This document shows positions 34,861 to 37,272 of a DNA stretch of 37,272 bases, one piece after another. Source of the DNA: a virus (Duplodnaviria > Heunggongvirae > Uroviricota > Caudoviricetes). The position numbers were made by a program, and so were the translations under genes. Every line of letters starts with the position of its first letter. Position 1 is the first letter of the stretch. The notes beneath the pieces were generated by a model that was given only the letters and a program-made list of their open reading frames with translations, had not been told where the DNA came from and did not search any database. Location: positions 1 through 37,272 of IMG/VR virus record IMGVR_UViG_2917403263_000004, one strand, 5' to 3'.

Positions 34861-35854
34861 ATGTCGATTAAGCAACTCAAAGACGGACGTTATCAGGTCG
34901 ATGTCAGACCGCAGGGGGCGGAAGGAAAGCGGATTCGAAAAATCTTCGCCCTGAAATCAAAGGCTCAGGAGTTTGAGAAATATGTGTTGCAGAACTTCCA
35001 TGACAAGCCATGGCAGGCTAAGCCAGCTGATCAGCGGCGATTATCAGAGCTGCTTGATGCGTGGTGGATGCTTGACGGGCGTAATCAGGCTTACGGGGAT
35101 AGCTACAGGGTCAGGCTAGAGAAGGTTATTCGTGAAATGGGAGATCCTCGTGCCAGTCATATGACGCGAAAATTTATGCTCGAGTATCGGTCAGAGAAAT
35201 TACAGGCCGGATTAATGCCGTCCAGCATTAATCGTGATTTATGCGTTCTGTCTACCATGTTCACGGTGCTGATTGAAGCTGAGGTCTTTCACAATGCGAA
35301 CCCTGTACGCGGTATACGCAAACTGAAAGTTCAGAACACGGAAATGGCCTTTCTTTCTGATGATGAGATTGAACGGCTTCTTGAGCGACTGGAGGGGGGA
35401 TGCGCGTCGTGTTGCCATTCTGTGTCTTTCTACTGGTGCCCGGTGGAGTGAAGCATCGGAACTACGTGGAGAGCATATCGTTGGCAACCGGGTGACGTTT
35501 TTTAACACCAAAAACGGAAAATCCCGCTCAGTTCCTGTGGCGGATTCGGTTGTGCCTCTGATTAAAACCCGTCGGACGGGGTTGTTGTATCAGGTTAATT
35601 ATCTGGAGTTCCGGGAGATTCTTCAGGAGGTGAAACCGGATTTGCCGAAGGGGCAGGCTACGCATGTCATGCGTCATACATTTGCCACACACTTTATGAT
35701 GAATGGTGGAAATATTGTTACGTTACAACGAATCCTTGGGCACGCCACGATTCAGCAGACAATGACGTACGCTCATTTTTCGCCGGACTTCTTACAGGAC
35801 GCGATCAACTTTAATCCGTTGGCTGAAAGTGTCCATAAACTGTCCATCGATTAG
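34861..35854 (+). pseudogene. int: P2-type tyrosine integrase, frameshifted
   Basis: N-terminus MSIKQLKDGRYQVDV and C-terminal RHTFATHFMMNGGNIVTLQRILGHATIQQTMTYAHF parallel P2 Int. The reading frame shifts +1 at the G6 run 35394..35399 (track ORFs 34846..35451 and 35360..35854); a G5 run would restore ...LERLEG-DARRVAILCLSTGARW. Confidence 0.75.
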
Positions 35855-35940
35855 TTATAATTTGTGTTGATTTGTTCCCCCTGTTTGGGCTTATTCATTG
35901 AAAAATAAGTAAATCATCAGGGGGAGCAAGAAACCTTAAA

Positions 35941-35959
35941 GCGCCTGCGGGCGCTTTTT
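35941..35959. terminator. Hairpin between convergent int and serS (probable bidirectional terminator)
   Basis: GCGCC-tgcg-GGCGC followed by TTTTT on the plus strand and preceded by AAA, about 20 nt downstream of the serS stop. Confidence 0.5.
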
Positions 35960-35979
35960 AGATTCAGAATAGTTGGATA

Positions 35980-37272
<1,293 letters not shown>

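Larger units (their letters stand above)
314..35886. mobile_element. P2-like (Peduovirus-type) prophage; boundaries approximate
   Basis: Contiguous P2-type gene set: int, C, cox-like, gpA, Q, P, O, N, M, L, tail and baseplate genes. int abuts the serS 3' end. Candidate imperfect core repeat TTCCC(C)nTGTTT at 314-324 and 35875-35886. True att sites are not established. Confidence 0.7.

Overview
The window is dominated by a roughly 35-kb P2-like (Peduovirus-type) myovirus prophage, lying between a Hok/Mok-type type I toxin locus at the left edge and the 3' end of serS (minus strand) at the right edge. All protein calls rest on motif-level recognition by eye and on operon logic (RBS, start/stop overlaps); no database search or alignment could be run, and coordinates of features not in the ORF track may be off by 1-2 nt.

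Modules, right to left:
- Immunity/integration (plus strand, facing serS): a P2 C-type repressor and a P2-type tyrosine integrase, the latter disrupted by a frameshift in a G6 run.
- Early operon (minus strand): a Cox-like protein followed by about 14 small genes of unknown function and an HTH protein.
- Iteron-rich non-coding region (30002-30321), then two small genes and the gpA rolling-circle replication initiator, which is split by a 1-nt homopolymer frameshift.
- Accessory island between gpA and the packaging genes: a ParM/ParR actin-type partition cassette with upstream centromere-like repeats, an Ea22-like protein, two small ORFs and a short Rrf2-like regulator.
- Packaging genes (plus strand): terminase large subunit (P), portal (Q) and an Ogr-like zinc-finger activator, ending at a strong terminator.
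- Late operon (minus strand): scaffold O, capsid N, terminase small subunit M, head completion L, tail completion proteins, sheath, tube, a holin/endolysin cassette, a tail chaperone with a -1 slippery site, tape measure, baseplate W/J/I-like proteins, two tandem tail-fibre plus chaperone pairs, and three terminal tail proteins including a gpD-like hub.

No rRNA, tRNA, CRISPR array or transposase was seen. The most notable observations are the plasmid-type partition cassette inside an integrated prophage, the duplicated tail-fibre cassettes, and the two homopolymer frameshifts in int and gpA.
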